In this document: positions 15,618-24,772 of the stretch, piece after piece | Position numbering within the stretch: the first letter of the stretch is position 1 | Layout of the letters: each line of letters opens with the position of its first letter | IMG/VR virus record: IMGVR_UViG_3300037313_000296 | Span: 1-35,119 of that record | Length of the DNA: 35,119 nucleotides | Source: a virus | Taxonomy: Duplodnaviria; Caudoviricetes | Reading direction: 5' to 3' (one strand) | Made by a program: the position numbers and the translations under genes | Notes under the pieces: generated by a model | What the model saw: only the letters and a program-made list of their open reading frames with translations | Told to the model about the DNA's origin: nothing | Databases searched by the model: none

Positions 15618-16505
15618 ATGCCAATGTGGATGAAAGCCATCAGCATTTCTGGTGCAACAACGTTCACGCCCGGTCCTAACGAAGTTTGGATGCTGAACTC
15701 CCTCACAGGATTCACTGGAACAAAAGTATCCTTCGGAGTAGCAAACTTGCCTGATATCGTTGTCACAGGAAGGCTAACAACAGCGGGTGACATCGGATAC
15801 GGCTCTCGGACTACGTTGGCGCCAGTGTTCACAAGTGCCATTCCGCTTCTCATTACTCCGGGCGCCGCTGTTACTGGTATTGTCTCCGGAGCTTTGTTTA
15901 CCCCAAGTACAGCACCATATCTTCCTGTTCAGTTCAACAACGTCAGCGTAGCGGCTGGCGCAAGGCTCTCGCTTCAGCCTCCGGTCGGAAAGTTGTGGCG
16001 TCTGATCACGGGTACAAATGCAGGCGCCACAGGGTCTCTTTTCCTCGATGTCAGCACAGATAGCGGCTCATCTTGGCAGGCAGGTGTGTTGGATGTCAGC
16101 CCGTCGAGCCAGAACGTCTTAACATGCGGTCGTGCTGATGTCTGGTCGTGGCGCGACAAGCCTTTGTCTCTACGTGCGGCGAGTGCCACGACCGTAAACG
16201 CCTACCTGCTTGAGTTCAACGAGTCGGACTTCCTGCCGTACCGCATCCACGGAACGCAGGCGATTGCGGCTTCTGGTACTTACGACATCAGGCCACCCGT
16301 GGGCGAAGAGTGGGTGATTGACGCCACTCACATGACCCAAACATGGTCGGCAACTCCGATGGTGTCCGGTACGCCCACGACTGCGATCACCTTCTCGACA
16401 AAATCAGTAGGTCCGTTCCGGATCGATAACACCAACTACATCCGGATCACCAACACCTCTGCCAGTTCCGCTACCTTGGTCTACTCGGGTCGAAAGGTTA
16501 ATTAA
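15618..16505 (+). CDS. Putative receptor-binding / distal tail protein
   Basis: Beta-rich with three repeated P-x-x-x-E/K-x-W units (PGPNEVW, PPVGKLW, PPVGEEW); atypical codon usage. Confidence 0.6.
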   Translation: MPMWMKAISISGATTFTPGPNEVWMLNSLTGFTGTKVSFGVANLPDIVVTGRLTTAGDIGYGSRTTLAPVFTSAIPLLITPGAAVTGIVSGALFTPSTAPYLPVQFNNVSVAAGARLSLQPPVGKLWRLITGTNAGATGSLFLDVSTDSGSSWQAGVLDVSPSSQNVLTCGRADVWSWRDKPLSLRAASATTVNAYLLEFNESDFLPYRIHGTQAIAASGTYDIRPPVGEEWVIDATHMTQTWSATPMVSGTPTTAITFSTKSVGPFRIDNTNYIRITNTSASSATLVYSGRKVN

Positions 16506-16520
16506 GTGCATGCGAAACTG

Positions 16521-16549
16521 GGGAGATGTAGGTGCATCTCCCTTGTTTT
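16521..16549 (+). terminator. Intrinsic terminator after tail genes
   Basis: GGGAGATGTA-GG-TGCATCTCCC then TTGTTTT. Confidence 0.75.
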
Positions 16550-16552
16550 GTG

Positions 16553-16581
16553 TAGTCAAGTGTCACGAATTATGGTATTCT
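16553..16581 (+). promoter_or_regulatory. sigmaA-like promoter for ejection and lysis genes
   Basis: TAGTCA-17-TATTCT with extended -10 TG, directly after a terminator. Confidence 0.6.
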
Positions 16582-16606
16582 AGTTATGGAAAGGAGGGCT
16601 TTCCAG

Positions 16607-18448
16607 ATGCCTCTCACAGATCAACAGCAGATCCAGCTTGACAATCTTGGCAAGGCGTGGATGGCGGCAAAGACGCAGGAGGAAAAGGACCGCCTCCACT
16701 CTCAGGCCAACCTCATTCGATCTCAGGCTGGACTCCAAGCTGGGACTGATTACGACCCTGTAACAGGTGCGGCACTCAATACTCCGGCTCCTGCGGCGCC
16801 GGGTCAGACGCCGCCAACGCCGCCGACCGCACCAGCACCAGCGCAAAAGACTACATCTCAGACGCTTCTCGAACAGTGGATGAAGCTGATGAACGGAACA
16901 GGCGGCATTGATGATGCAACTCTTCATCAGCAGGCCCTCGACCAAGCTAATAAAACGGTTGGTCAGCAGACCACTTCTCTCAATAGCCTTATCTCCAGTT
17001 TGAACAGCCAACGGGCCAATGCTTTGCGGGGCATCCAAAACGGTGTTAAGGACGCCAAGCAGTCACTCGAAGACCACACGTTCCAGAACTACTTGAACGT
17101 CCGACAAAGCATGGCGAACCGTGGACTTTCTCAGTCTGGCATCGCCGACGATCAAAACACCCGGCTTTTGCTGGCACGGGATCAGGACCTTGCTGGCATC
17201 ATGAGGGATGCGGCTCTCAAGAATGCTGAGGTCAACAATCAGTACGACACTCTGCAAACGCAGGCCCGCCAGCAACTTTCCCAGATTGATGCACAGGACT
17301 TGGCAAGCCAGTACTACACGACACTGAAGAACCAAGCTGGACAGGCCGGATCGGAACAAGCGAAGGCTTTCGCAGAGATGCTAAAGAACTTCTTGCCGTA
17401 CGATCAGGCCACAGTCAAGGACCAGATGGACTACGCTTTGGGCCAAGGCAAGCTGTACAACGAAGCCAGCCAGAACAACGCTCAGAACCAGATCGACTGG
17501 GCCAAGGTGGACCTCGACAAGTGGAAGGCCCTCGGGTTCATCCCGGTCGGCGATAAGTTGGTGCCCACACTGGACGCCAACGATAAGAACCGACAGGCCG
17601 CTCTTGATGAGGCCAAGGCTCGGGGCTACTTCGTCAATCCGGATGGGTCGATCTCACTCACCGAAGATGCTCGGCACAATCAGGCTGGCGAAACCATTGA
17701 TCAAAACAAGCTCATCGCTCAGATGGATCAGTGGACCCAGCAGAACAAGTTGGACGCTGGCAAGCTGGACCTCAGCCAAGCCGAGTTCGAGCACAAGGTT
17801 GAGTACGATCAGGCTACACTGGACAAGGCTTCTGCCCAGCTTGCTTTGGACAAGGACAAGACGCAACTCGATGCGCTCAAGTCTCAACTCTCGGGCGTTG
17901 ATGCTCAGATTCGGGCGATGATCAACAACGGTCAGGCCGTCCCACCCGATCTTGCAAGTGCTCGAAACAACCTCGTCGATCAGATCGGGAACCTGTTCAA
18001 GTCAGCGCCCAAGGTCCAAAGCACAGGCTCTCCCAGTTCCCCGAACGTTGGTGGGCAGATTGGTCAGTTCCAAACGTGGATTGACCAAGGCGCTAAGACG
18101 GCTGGCGTAGACCCGAACGTGGTCTACAAGATCATGATGGCTGAATCTGGTGGAAACCCCAACGTCGAGAACTCGTCGGCTGGCGCCATCGGCTTGATGC
18201 AGTTCATGCCGGACACGGCAAAGGGACTTGGCATCAATCCGAAGGACCCACAGCAGGCCATCACTGGAGCCATCAAGTACATGAAGGATCTGCTCAACAT
18301 GTGGGGCGGCGATTACCGAAAGGCTGTCGCCAGCTACAACTGGGGAGAGGGCAACGTCCAACGGGCCATCTCTCGCTACGGCAACAACTGGGAGATCGCT
18401 CTCCCTACTGAGACTCGGAACTACTTGAAATCGGTCCTTGGGAGGTAG
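16607..18448 (+). CDS. Internal virion (ejection) protein with C-terminal SLT lytic transglycosylase
   Basis: Long Gln/Ala helical body; IMMAESGGNP, GLMQFMP, ASYNWG and ETRNY SLT motifs; ATG 16607 after GGAGGG. Confidence 0.88.
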   Translation: MPLTDQQQIQLDNLGKAWMAAKTQEEKDRLHSQANLIRSQAGLQAGTDYDPVTGAALNTPAPAAPGQTPPTPPTAPAPAQKTTSQTLLEQWMKLMNGTGGIDDATLHQQALDQANKTVGQQTTSLNSLISSLNSQRANALRGIQNGVKDAKQSLEDHTFQNYLNVRQSMANRGLSQSGIADDQNTRLLLARDQDLAGIMRDAALKNAEVNNQYDTLQTQARQQLSQIDAQDLASQYYTTLKNQAGQAGSEQAKAFAEMLKNFLPYDQATVKDQMDYALGQGKLYNEASQNNAQNQIDWAKVDLDKWKALGFIPVGDKLVPTLDANDKNRQAALDEAKARGYFVNPDGSISLTEDARHNQAGETIDQNKLIAQMDQWTQQNKLDAGKLDLSQAEFEHKVEYDQATLDKASAQLALDKDKTQLDALKSQLSGVDAQIRAMINNGQAVPPDLASARNNLVDQIGNLFKSAPKVQSTGSPSSPNVGGQIGQFQTWIDQGAKTAGVDPNVVYKIMMAESGGNPNVENSSAGAIGLMQFMPDTAKGLGINPKDPQQAITGAIKYMKDLLNMWGGDYRKAVASYNWGEGNVQRAISRYGNNWEIALPTETRNYLKSVLGR

Positions 18449-18454
18449 TGTTTG

Positions 18455-21400
18455 ATGGCGGGGACTTTTGAACAGGAGTTTGCAAAGGCTTTGGCAAACC
18501 TGTCGGGGAGTGGGGATTTTAGCCCCCTCCCCTCCCCGGCGTCTGCCCCGGCTGTCACGTTCACCAATCCAAGCTACAAGCCGATCGACATGACTGCTGG
18601 CATGATCTCACCCAGTTCCTTTAAGGGAAGCCCGGCTGGCGGTCCCAGCTACTTCAGCTTCGGTGGTCTTGGATCTGACCTGCTTCATGGGCTAATGGGT
18701 GTCAGTAACTTCCTTACCGACTACCTAGCCAAACAAACTGGGTCGGAGCATACCAAGGTCAACGACATCGCCAACATGGTCGGTGGCCCGGTTGGCAACT
18801 TCCTCTACAACATCACTGCCAACCAGTGGGGCGCTTGGAACGACGGTAAGTGGACGCTCGGCGATGTGCCCGGCCTTGGTGGGCTTATTGGCACAGGTGC
18901 TAACGGGTACACGACCCACGACATCTTTGGCAACATTGGCTACAAGGAAGCTGAGGCACAGCCGGGAACGGGCTGGAGTCCTCTCCAGCACCGCAAGGGC
19001 AACCTCGACATCGGCGATGTCGGTGAGTTCGCTGGCGATGTCTTGCTCGATCCGCTAACTTATCTGACCTTTGGCACCGGGTCGGCAATTAAGGCAGGTG
19101 CCCAAGGCGCCGCCAAGGAAGCGGCGGCACAGCTTGCGGCTCATGGATTGGAGGCCGGGCTGGAGATTGGTGGCAAGAACCTTGCAGTTCGGGTCGCTGA
19201 ACGTGTCGGCGCCAAGGCCACGGAAGACGCCATCGCTAAGGGAGCATCCCTCGAAGCGGCAAACGCCATCGGCGAACGGGCGGCGACTGCGGCTCGGGTT
19301 GCCGTGGAAAATGCTGGCAAAACTGCTCGGGCGGCGGCGCAGAACTCCCTAGTTGGCGCCAGCCTGCCGTTCTCGAACAAGATCGTTACATTCGGCGAAA
19401 AACCGGGCTTCCTGAAGGTCGCTGACAGCCTGATTGGTGAGGTAGGCAAGGCTCCAGTAGTCCGGAAACTGTCTGAGTTGGGCTTGAACCCCGAACAGCA
19501 GGCCGCGTTCCTGAAGTCGGTCTACGGTGTCGAGGATGCGGCTAAGATGACCTCTCAGATGTCTGAACATTTTGCTCAGAACATCGGCAAGGTCACAAAG
19601 GCCGAGGATCTTCTGCACTACGTACCATTCAATCCGGAGTCGGCCCTGTTCACGATTACAGACCCGGCAGAACGTGGGCTTGCTCGGTCGATGATCGAAG
19701 ACATCGGCACTACCAGCGAGACCCCAGCGATCCTTGGAAACACCAAGACCAACCTGCACGATCTGACTGCACTCAAGAGCAACCTTCCCCAGTTACTTGG
19801 TCAACGTGCTGAAGAGTTGTTCCAGTTCGCCCATGACGCTCCGGGCATGGTGAACCAAGAGGACATCCTTCAGTCTATCGAAGAGTTGACCAAACTTGGA
19901 GAAGGCATTAAGGATGTTGGGCACACCGCCGAGTTCTTGCCTGCTCTCCCACGGACGATGCAGAGTATGGACGACGTGTTCAACCTCTTCAAGTTCGCTC
20001 AGGACATGGGCGGATCTTCACCGCTAGGCCGAGCGATTGGTGACAAGTTGGCCTTCCTCAACCCTCGGTCTCTTGGTTCAAAGATCCCGTTCATCAACGA
20101 GGCGGCTGGCAAGGTTCGCAACGCCGAGAACTTCATCCGGTCCAATCAGGACTGGTCCTTCCGGGAACTGGCTGGCATCCAACGCATGGCAAAGGGACTG
20201 TCCGAAGCGGACATGCGGAAGATCCCCTACATCCTCGAAGGCAAGTTCCCCGGAGAACAGAATCTCTCCCAGTTCCTTGCCGACTCCACGAACAAGGAAC
20301 AGCTTCTCCAAGTTGCTGACTCGCTGAAGCAGGTCTTTGATCGTCAGGCAACTAGGGAAATGGGCGCCGGAGCTTTGAAGGGAACGATCGACGGATACTT
20401 CCCGCACGTTCTCGACAAGAGCATCGACCCCGAGACGCTTCAGAAGATCCTCTCCGATCCGGAGATGTCGAAGTACCTTGGGCGGTCAGCGGCGAACCAG
20501 TTCAACAAGACCCGTAAGGGCTTCGAGTCTTTCGCCCAGTGGGACGAGGCAATCCACAGCCTCCAGACTGCTCGAAAGACCGTCACTGATCCGGAACAAC
20601 TGGGTAAGATCGATGAGACTCTTGCCCGGCTTGAGAACCTCTTCCAGCGAGACCCGATCAAGGCCACAGCAGAGCGCATGGCGAAGGGCATCAAGTCCAC
20701 AGCGATGTCCCAGCTTCAGGGCGAACTTCGCAACATGGGCACCCTTCGGCTTCCGGAAGATCTCGCCAAGGATGGGGCCCAGTCCCTCACCAAGGATTTC
20801 ATCCGGCTCGATGCGGCTACAGCCCAGAAGTTCGGGCTTCCGGCTGGGACCGCCATCCACAAGGAAGTTCTCCAAGGACTAGAAAAAACGCAACACCTCT
20901 TCACGGATGCAGGAATCAACAAATTCGTGGAGAATCTTACAAGTGCGACGAACATTTGGAAGAACCTTGTGACGACCTACGTTCCGGCCCACCACTTCAA
21001 CAATCTGCTGGGCAACATCGCTAACACGACGCTGGCAGGAGTCGGGATCTCCGACTACAAGGAAGCTGGGGAGCTTCTGGCGAAGGTCCGGGCTGGAACG
21101 ATCACCAAGGCCGAGCGAGAGTTCTTGCAGGAGGCGGCTGACCACGGTGTTCTTGGTGGCGGTCAACTGATCGATGTGATTGATCCGCTCCGGCGCTCTC
21201 GACTGGCGCAAGAGAAAGGTGTTCTCCACACGATCGAGAACAAGATAACGGACACCAAATGGGCACAGACGATGCGGGGTCTCGGCAACAACATCGAAGA
21301 CCTCTCTCGGCTGGCTACCTACATCCACGGCAACGAGGTCACGGGTTCAGCGAAGCTGGCGGCTGACATGGTGCGGAAGTACCTGTTCAACTTCGGCGAA

Positions 21401-22006
21401 CTGACCAACGCTGACCGAGGCATTAAGTTGCTGGCACCCTTCTGGTCGTGGACCAAGAACAACCTGCCTCTGCACCTTCAGGAAATCCTGCACCAGCCCA
21501 AGTACTACGCAACCCTCCAGAAGATCCAACAGACCCTCAACGTGGATAATCAGGACGGTGTGTTGGCGCCGGACTACATCCAGAAGGATTACCTGAAGAT
21601 CCCCGGCACCGAAAACTCCTACTTCAACCCCCGGATTCCGGCAAACGATCTGAAGAAGTTGGACGACCCGTTGGGCCTCGGTCTCGGCCTCATGTCTCCG
21701 TTCCTCAAGATGCCGTTCGAAGTTGGGCTGAACAAGCAGGTCTTTAACGGCGCTCCGATCGATCCCTACAAGACCGACAACGGTAGCTACGACCCGGCCC
21801 GGCTGGGTAAGTACTTCCTCCAGCAATCTGGTGTTGGCAACAAGGCCGCTTCCTTCTTCGACTCGAACTCCAGTATCCTTGAAGATCTCGCCGCCCTCCT
21901 ACTTGGCAAGGTCCAGACGGTCGATCCCGCTAAAGAACTTCGTAGTCGCATGTATGATCGTAAGGCTGAACAGAGGGCGCAAAAAGCCCGAGCCAAGGCC
22001 AACTAA
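18455..22006 (+). CDS. Large internal virion (ejection) protein
   Basis: ~1180 aa; DVLLDPLTYLTFG, YFPH, HHFNNLLGN and PFWSWTKNN patterns typical of podoviral inner-core proteins. Confidence 0.75.
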   Translation: MAGTFEQEFAKALANLSGSGDFSPLPSPASAPAVTFTNPSYKPIDMTAGMISPSSFKGSPAGGPSYFSFGGLGSDLLHGLMGVSNFLTDYLAKQTGSEHTKVNDIANMVGGPVGNFLYNITANQWGAWNDGKWTLGDVPGLGGLIGTGANGYTTHDIFGNIGYKEAEAQPGTGWSPLQHRKGNLDIGDVGEFAGDVLLDPLTYLTFGTGSAIKAGAQGAAKEAAAQLAAHGLEAGLEIGGKNLAVRVAERVGAKATEDAIAKGASLEAANAIGERAATAARVAVENAGKTARAAAQNSLVGASLPFSNKIVTFGEKPGFLKVADSLIGEVGKAPVVRKLSELGLNPEQQAAFLKSVYGVEDAAKMTSQMSEHFAQNIGKVTKAEDLLHYVPFNPESALFTITDPAERGLARSMIEDIGTTSETPAILGNTKTNLHDLTALKSNLPQLLGQRAEELFQFAHDAPGMVNQEDILQSIEELTKLGEGIKDVGHTAEFLPALPRTMQSMDDVFNLFKFAQDMGGSSPLGRAIGDKLAFLNPRSLGSKIPFINEAAGKVRNAENFIRSNQDWSFRELAGIQRMAKGLSEADMRKIPYILEGKFPGEQNLSQFLADSTNKEQLLQVADSLKQVFDRQATREMGAGALKGTIDGYFPHVLDKSIDPETLQKILSDPEMSKYLGRSAANQFNKTRKGFESFAQWDEAIHSLQTARKTVTDPEQLGKIDETLARLENLFQRDPIKATAERMAKGIKSTAMSQLQGELRNMGTLRLPEDLAKDGAQSLTKDFIRLDAATAQKFGLPAGTAIHKEVLQGLEKTQHLFTDAGINKFVENLTSATNIWKNLVTTYVPAHHFNNLLGNIANTTLAGVGISDYKEAGELLAKVRAGTITKAEREFLQEAADHGVLGGGQLIDVIDPLRRSRLAQEKGVLHTIENKITDTKWAQTMRGLGNNIEDLSRLATYIHGNEVTGSAKLAADMVRKYLFNFGELTNADRGIKLLAPFWSWTKNNLPLHLQEILHQPKYYATLQKIQQTLNVDNQDGVLAPDYIQKDYLKIPGTENSYFNPRIPANDLKKLDDPLGLGLGLMSPFLKMPFEVGLNKQVFNGAPIDPYKTDNGSYDPARLGKYFLQQSGVGNKAASFFDSNSSILEDLAALLLGKVQTVDPAKELRSRMYDRKAEQRAQKARAKAN

Positions 22007-22025
22007 TGGAAGGGGACCCCCGCTA

Positions 22026-22247
22026 ATGGACTTCCTAATGCAGATTGCCAAGGAACACGGGCTTTTTGTGGCTCTTGTCGCTTATGTACTCTGGGACGGC
22101 AGGCAACGGGAACAGCGGCTTCTTCGAGTGATCGACACGCTATCCGATGATGTCAAGGTCCGGATCTCGAAGATCGAGGCCAACATCAGCCATCTGTTCA
22201 GCTATCTGTTTGGCAAGAAGAAGGAGGACGAGAACCATGGTCGCTAG
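22026..22247 (+). CDS. Holin-like protein (BhlA/UviB-like)
   Basis: MDFLMQIAKEHGLFVALVAYVLWDGRQREQRL: one TM helix then REQRL coiled coil; precedes the lysin. Confidence 0.75.
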   Translation: MDFLMQIAKEHGLFVALVAYVLWDGRQREQRLLRVIDTLSDDVKVRISKIEANISHLFSYLFGKKKEDENHGR

Positions 22248-22983
22248 ACCCGACATCAAGTGGATCGGTACGGGTTCCGTTCCGAAGTTCTATCCGGGTC
22301 GCAAGGACGCCAGCGGTCGCATCTACAGGCCCGTGGCGATTGTCATGCACATCATGCAGGGCACCCTCGCCGGAACCGACTCGTACTTCCAGCAGGATTC
22401 GACCCAAGCCTCTACGAACTTCGGCATCGGCAAGAATGGTGAGATCCACCAGTACGTCGATCTGAAGGATGGCGCTTGGGGCAACGGCAAGGTCGCCAAT
22501 CCGAACTGGGGAATCCTCTCCCAGTTCCCCGGCGTGAACCCGAACCTCTTCACCATCTCGGTCGAGCATGAGGGGTTCCATGATCTCACGAAGGGCGACT
22601 TCTACCAGTTCACCGATGCCCAGTACGAGGCCGACATCAAGCTGGTCGCCTATCTGTGTGATCTCTACATGATCCCCTGTGACCGGGACCACATCGTCGG
22701 TCACTACCAGATCGACGGGGTTAGCCGGGCCTTCTGCCCCGGCCCAACCTACGACTTCGATCGGGTCATCAACGGCGCCAAGGCCCTGCTCGACGCCACC
22801 CCCGAGCCTGCCCCAGTTCTGAAGGCCGCTCCTCGGGACATGTTGACGAAGGCCGACGCCGACAAGATTGTCACGCTACTGGGCGCCCTCTGGGGCATGG
22901 CGGTATCCGAGACCGACCGGAAAGAGTACCATCGCCTTGCCAACGAGGTGCGAAAGGCCAGTGGACAGGAGGTGATTGCGTAA
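22237..22983 (+). CDS. Endolysin, N-acetylmuramoyl-L-alanine amidase (Amidase_2)
   Basis: IVMH, ASTNFGIG, ISVEHEG, IVGHYQI and CPG motifs; ATG 22237 after AAGGAGG. Confidence 0.92.
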   Translation: MVARPDIKWIGTGSVPKFYPGRKDASGRIYRPVAIVMHIMQGTLAGTDSYFQQDSTQASTNFGIGKNGEIHQYVDLKDGAWGNGKVANPNWGILSQFPGVNPNLFTISVEHEGFHDLTKGDFYQFTDAQYEADIKLVAYLCDLYMIPCDRDHIVGHYQIDGVSRAFCPGPTYDFDRVINGAKALLDATPEPAPVLKAAPRDMLTKADADKIVTLLGALWGMAVSETDRKEYHRLANEVRKASGQEVIA

Positions 22984-23198
22984 TGCCGCAGTTTAACAAG
23001 GCCCTGATTGTCCCGATCATCACGCTCATCGCCATGCTGGTCAAGCAGAGCGCCCACATCGAGATCCCGAATCCTCTGATCGATCAGACCGCCGATGCGG
23101 TCATGGCGGTCGTGACGCTGGCTGGCCTGTTCATGCACCCGCATGCCACCTACACCCCGCCCCCGGCCCCTCCGTACCAGCCGGACGATCGGCGGTAA
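22983..23198 (+). CDS. Second holin-like membrane protein
   Basis: Two hydrophobic segments; coupled to the lysin stop. Confidence 0.7.
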   Translation: MPQFNKALIVPIITLIAMLVKQSAHIEIPNPLIDQTADAVMAVVTLAGLFMHPHATYTPPPAPPYQPDDRR

Positions 23199-23202
23199 AC
23201 AC

Positions 23203-23238
23203 AAAAAGGACCCCCTACCTAAGTGGTAGGGGGTTTCT
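23203..23238. terminator. Bidirectional terminator at the convergence of late and replication arms
   Basis: AAAAA-GG-ACCCCCTACC-TAAGT-GGTAGGGGGT-TTCT. Confidence 0.75.
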
Positions 23239-23527
23239 CATTTGCCTTGACCAAACGGTCCAGATACCACTGGGCTTTCTTCAGATCCTCCAGCTTGCCC
23301 TTCATCGGGTAGCGGCTCACATACTTGATGACGTTGCCAGCAAGGAAGCCTTCGAACGCCTCGGGCGATAGCGTGGACTCAAGGTAGTCGATGGTCTCGA
23401 TCCCACCCCGATTGTAGTGAGCCGGATGCTCCACGGCTTCGAACTTCGGCATCTCTGGCACATATTCACTCACGGGCGGCACCACCTTCAGTCCCGTTGG
23501 GACGATTTTCGACTCGGTTCCCGGCAT
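23219..23527 (-). CDS. DUF3310 protein (T7 gp1.7-like nucleotide kinase family)
   Basis: VEHPAHY..GGIETIDY...GNVIKYVSR..KG.LEDLKKAQWYL signature. Confidence 0.85.
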   Translation of the reverse strand: MPGTESKIVPTGLKVVPPVSEYVPEMPKFEAVEHPAHYNRGGIETIDYLESTLSPEAFEGFLAGNVIKYVSRYPMKGKLEDLKKAQWYLDRLVKANEKPPTT

Positions 23528-24164
23528 GCGGATCTGCCTCCTTCAGGGTAATCAACTGGGAGTATGGCAGGGTTTCAATCCAATCGCAGAATTCCCGCCA
23601 CTCTTGTAGTCTATGCCCCTTCCGGCTACGATACATGTTCTTCAGGTTCTCGTAGCTCATGGTTACGGTGCGGCGGTAGACGAACCCGATGGGTACGAGC
23701 TTCTGAAGCAGGCGCCAAGTCGGAGAGCCAACTTTCTTGCCTTCAGCCCACCACCTCTGGATAACGTTGTTCACAATCACCAAGGTGTTCAGAACAACCG
23801 GGTGATCGGGGTCATCGAAGCTAAAATCGTCAGCAGTTAGCAGACGGCTTCCCAGCTTGTGCATCATGCTGGTCGAGTTGGCGACGGTGCCGACCTTATA
23901 TGTGTCGAACTCCTTCCACCATTCAGCCCCGGCGATGATGTCTACGCCGACGAGGATCTGGCGCATAAATTTACCGTGATCGGACCCGCCCTTGGACAGC
24001 CGGAGAGCTAGAGAGAAGTCGTTCGGACCCATGTAAAACTTGGTGCTTAAATCGGGTTCAAGGGTCTCGCCCGAGTCGCCCTTATCCCAGCTTTCCCAGC
24101 TATTCCGCATACCACGAATGGCGTTCTCCCAGTTGTAGATGCCTAAATGCTCAAAGCGGATCAT
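23466..24164 (-). CDS. ThyX-like (flavin-dependent thymidylate synthase fold) phage protein
   Basis: AIRGMRNS, HGKFMRQI, WWKEFDTYKVGT..NSTS.MHK and R..HRL.EW motifs; canonical RHR motif absent. Confidence 0.6.
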   Translation of the reverse strand: MIRFEHLGIYNWENAIRGMRNSWESWDKGDSGETLEPDLSTKFYMGPNDFSLALRLSKGGSDHGKFMRQILVGVDIIAGAEWWKEFDTYKVGTVANSTSMMHKLGSRLLTADDFSFDDPDHPVVLNTLVIVNNVIQRWWAEGKKVGSPTWRLLQKLVPIGFVYRRTVTMSYENLKNMYRSRKGHRLQEWREFCDWIETLPYSQLITLKEADPHAGNRVENRPNGTEGGAARE

Positions 24165-24652
24165 ACCTGCCGCCCCTTTCCGTACCGATGGAAGTAGACG
24201 CCGTGCCGAATCGCATCCCGTTCGTGGATCAGAGTTGGGCGTCCGAGGCAGGTGTAACTCCGGCCCTTCTTCTCTAAGACCCCGAGCTTCACCAGTTGCT
24301 CATCAGCAACTCGAACCTTGTCAGCCGGATCTTGGAAGACAAAGGCGATTCCCTCGTTCCAAGCAACCATCCGAAGATACCCGATTAACTGGGGAGTTTC
24401 AAGGGCTGACCAAGATTGAGCCTGAGCCTTCGAAGCCTGAAGCCGATACGATTCGCAAACAATAACAGACGGCGCCAACATGTGGATCATTTCAGCATGG
24501 TTTCCCCAGTAGAACTCTTGACCCGAAAACTGTGCCGAAGCGATATGCCCAAACGTCTCCAGTTTCCCATCGACATATAAGGCCCAACCAGTCGTGCCCT
24601 TGCCTTCGTCAAAGTTACCGGACGGATCTAGGCAAAGCACCCTCGCCATCAT
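24161..24652 (-). CDS. RuvC-like Holliday junction resolvase
   Basis: VLCLDPSG...TTGWA, IVCESY and HERDAIRH acidic RNase H-fold motifs. Confidence 0.75.
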   Translation of the reverse strand: MMARVLCLDPSGNFDEGKGTTGWALYVDGKLETFGHIASAQFSGQEFYWGNHAEMIHMLAPSVIVCESYRLQASKAQAQSWSALETPQLIGYLRMVAWNEGIAFVFQDPADKVRVADEQLVKLGVLEKKGRSYTCLGRPTLIHERDAIRHGVYFHRYGKGRQV

Positions 24653-24682
24653 ATCTCCTCCAGTTCTCTTCCCGTCTTTTGT

Positions 24683-24711
24683 AGCATATCACGTAGCATG
24701 TAATCTGTCTA
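24683..24711 (-). promoter_or_regulatory. sigmaA promoter restarting the replication arm after the inserted cassette
   Basis: TAGACA-17-TATGCT with extended -10 TG. Confidence 0.7.
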
Positions 24712-24722
24712 GTGGGGACAAG

Positions 24723-24751
24723 CTATATTCGCTCCCATAGTTGCATAAGAT
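24723..24751 (+). promoter_or_regulatory. sigmaE-like (mother-cell sporulation) promoter of the FtsK-Replic_Relax cassette
   Basis: CTATATT-14-CATAAGAT versus B. subtilis sigmaE consensus (T/G)(A/C)ATA(A/T)(A/T)-N14-CATACA(A/C)T; no sigmaA promoter seen on this strand. Confidence 0.55.
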
Positions 24752-24772
24752 GGGAGCAAGAGGTGATGAAAC

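Noticed and set aside
11433-16505. Diversity-generating retroelement or invertible tail-fibre system
   Set aside because: No reverse transcriptase or invertase, and no near-identical template/variable repeat pair noticed
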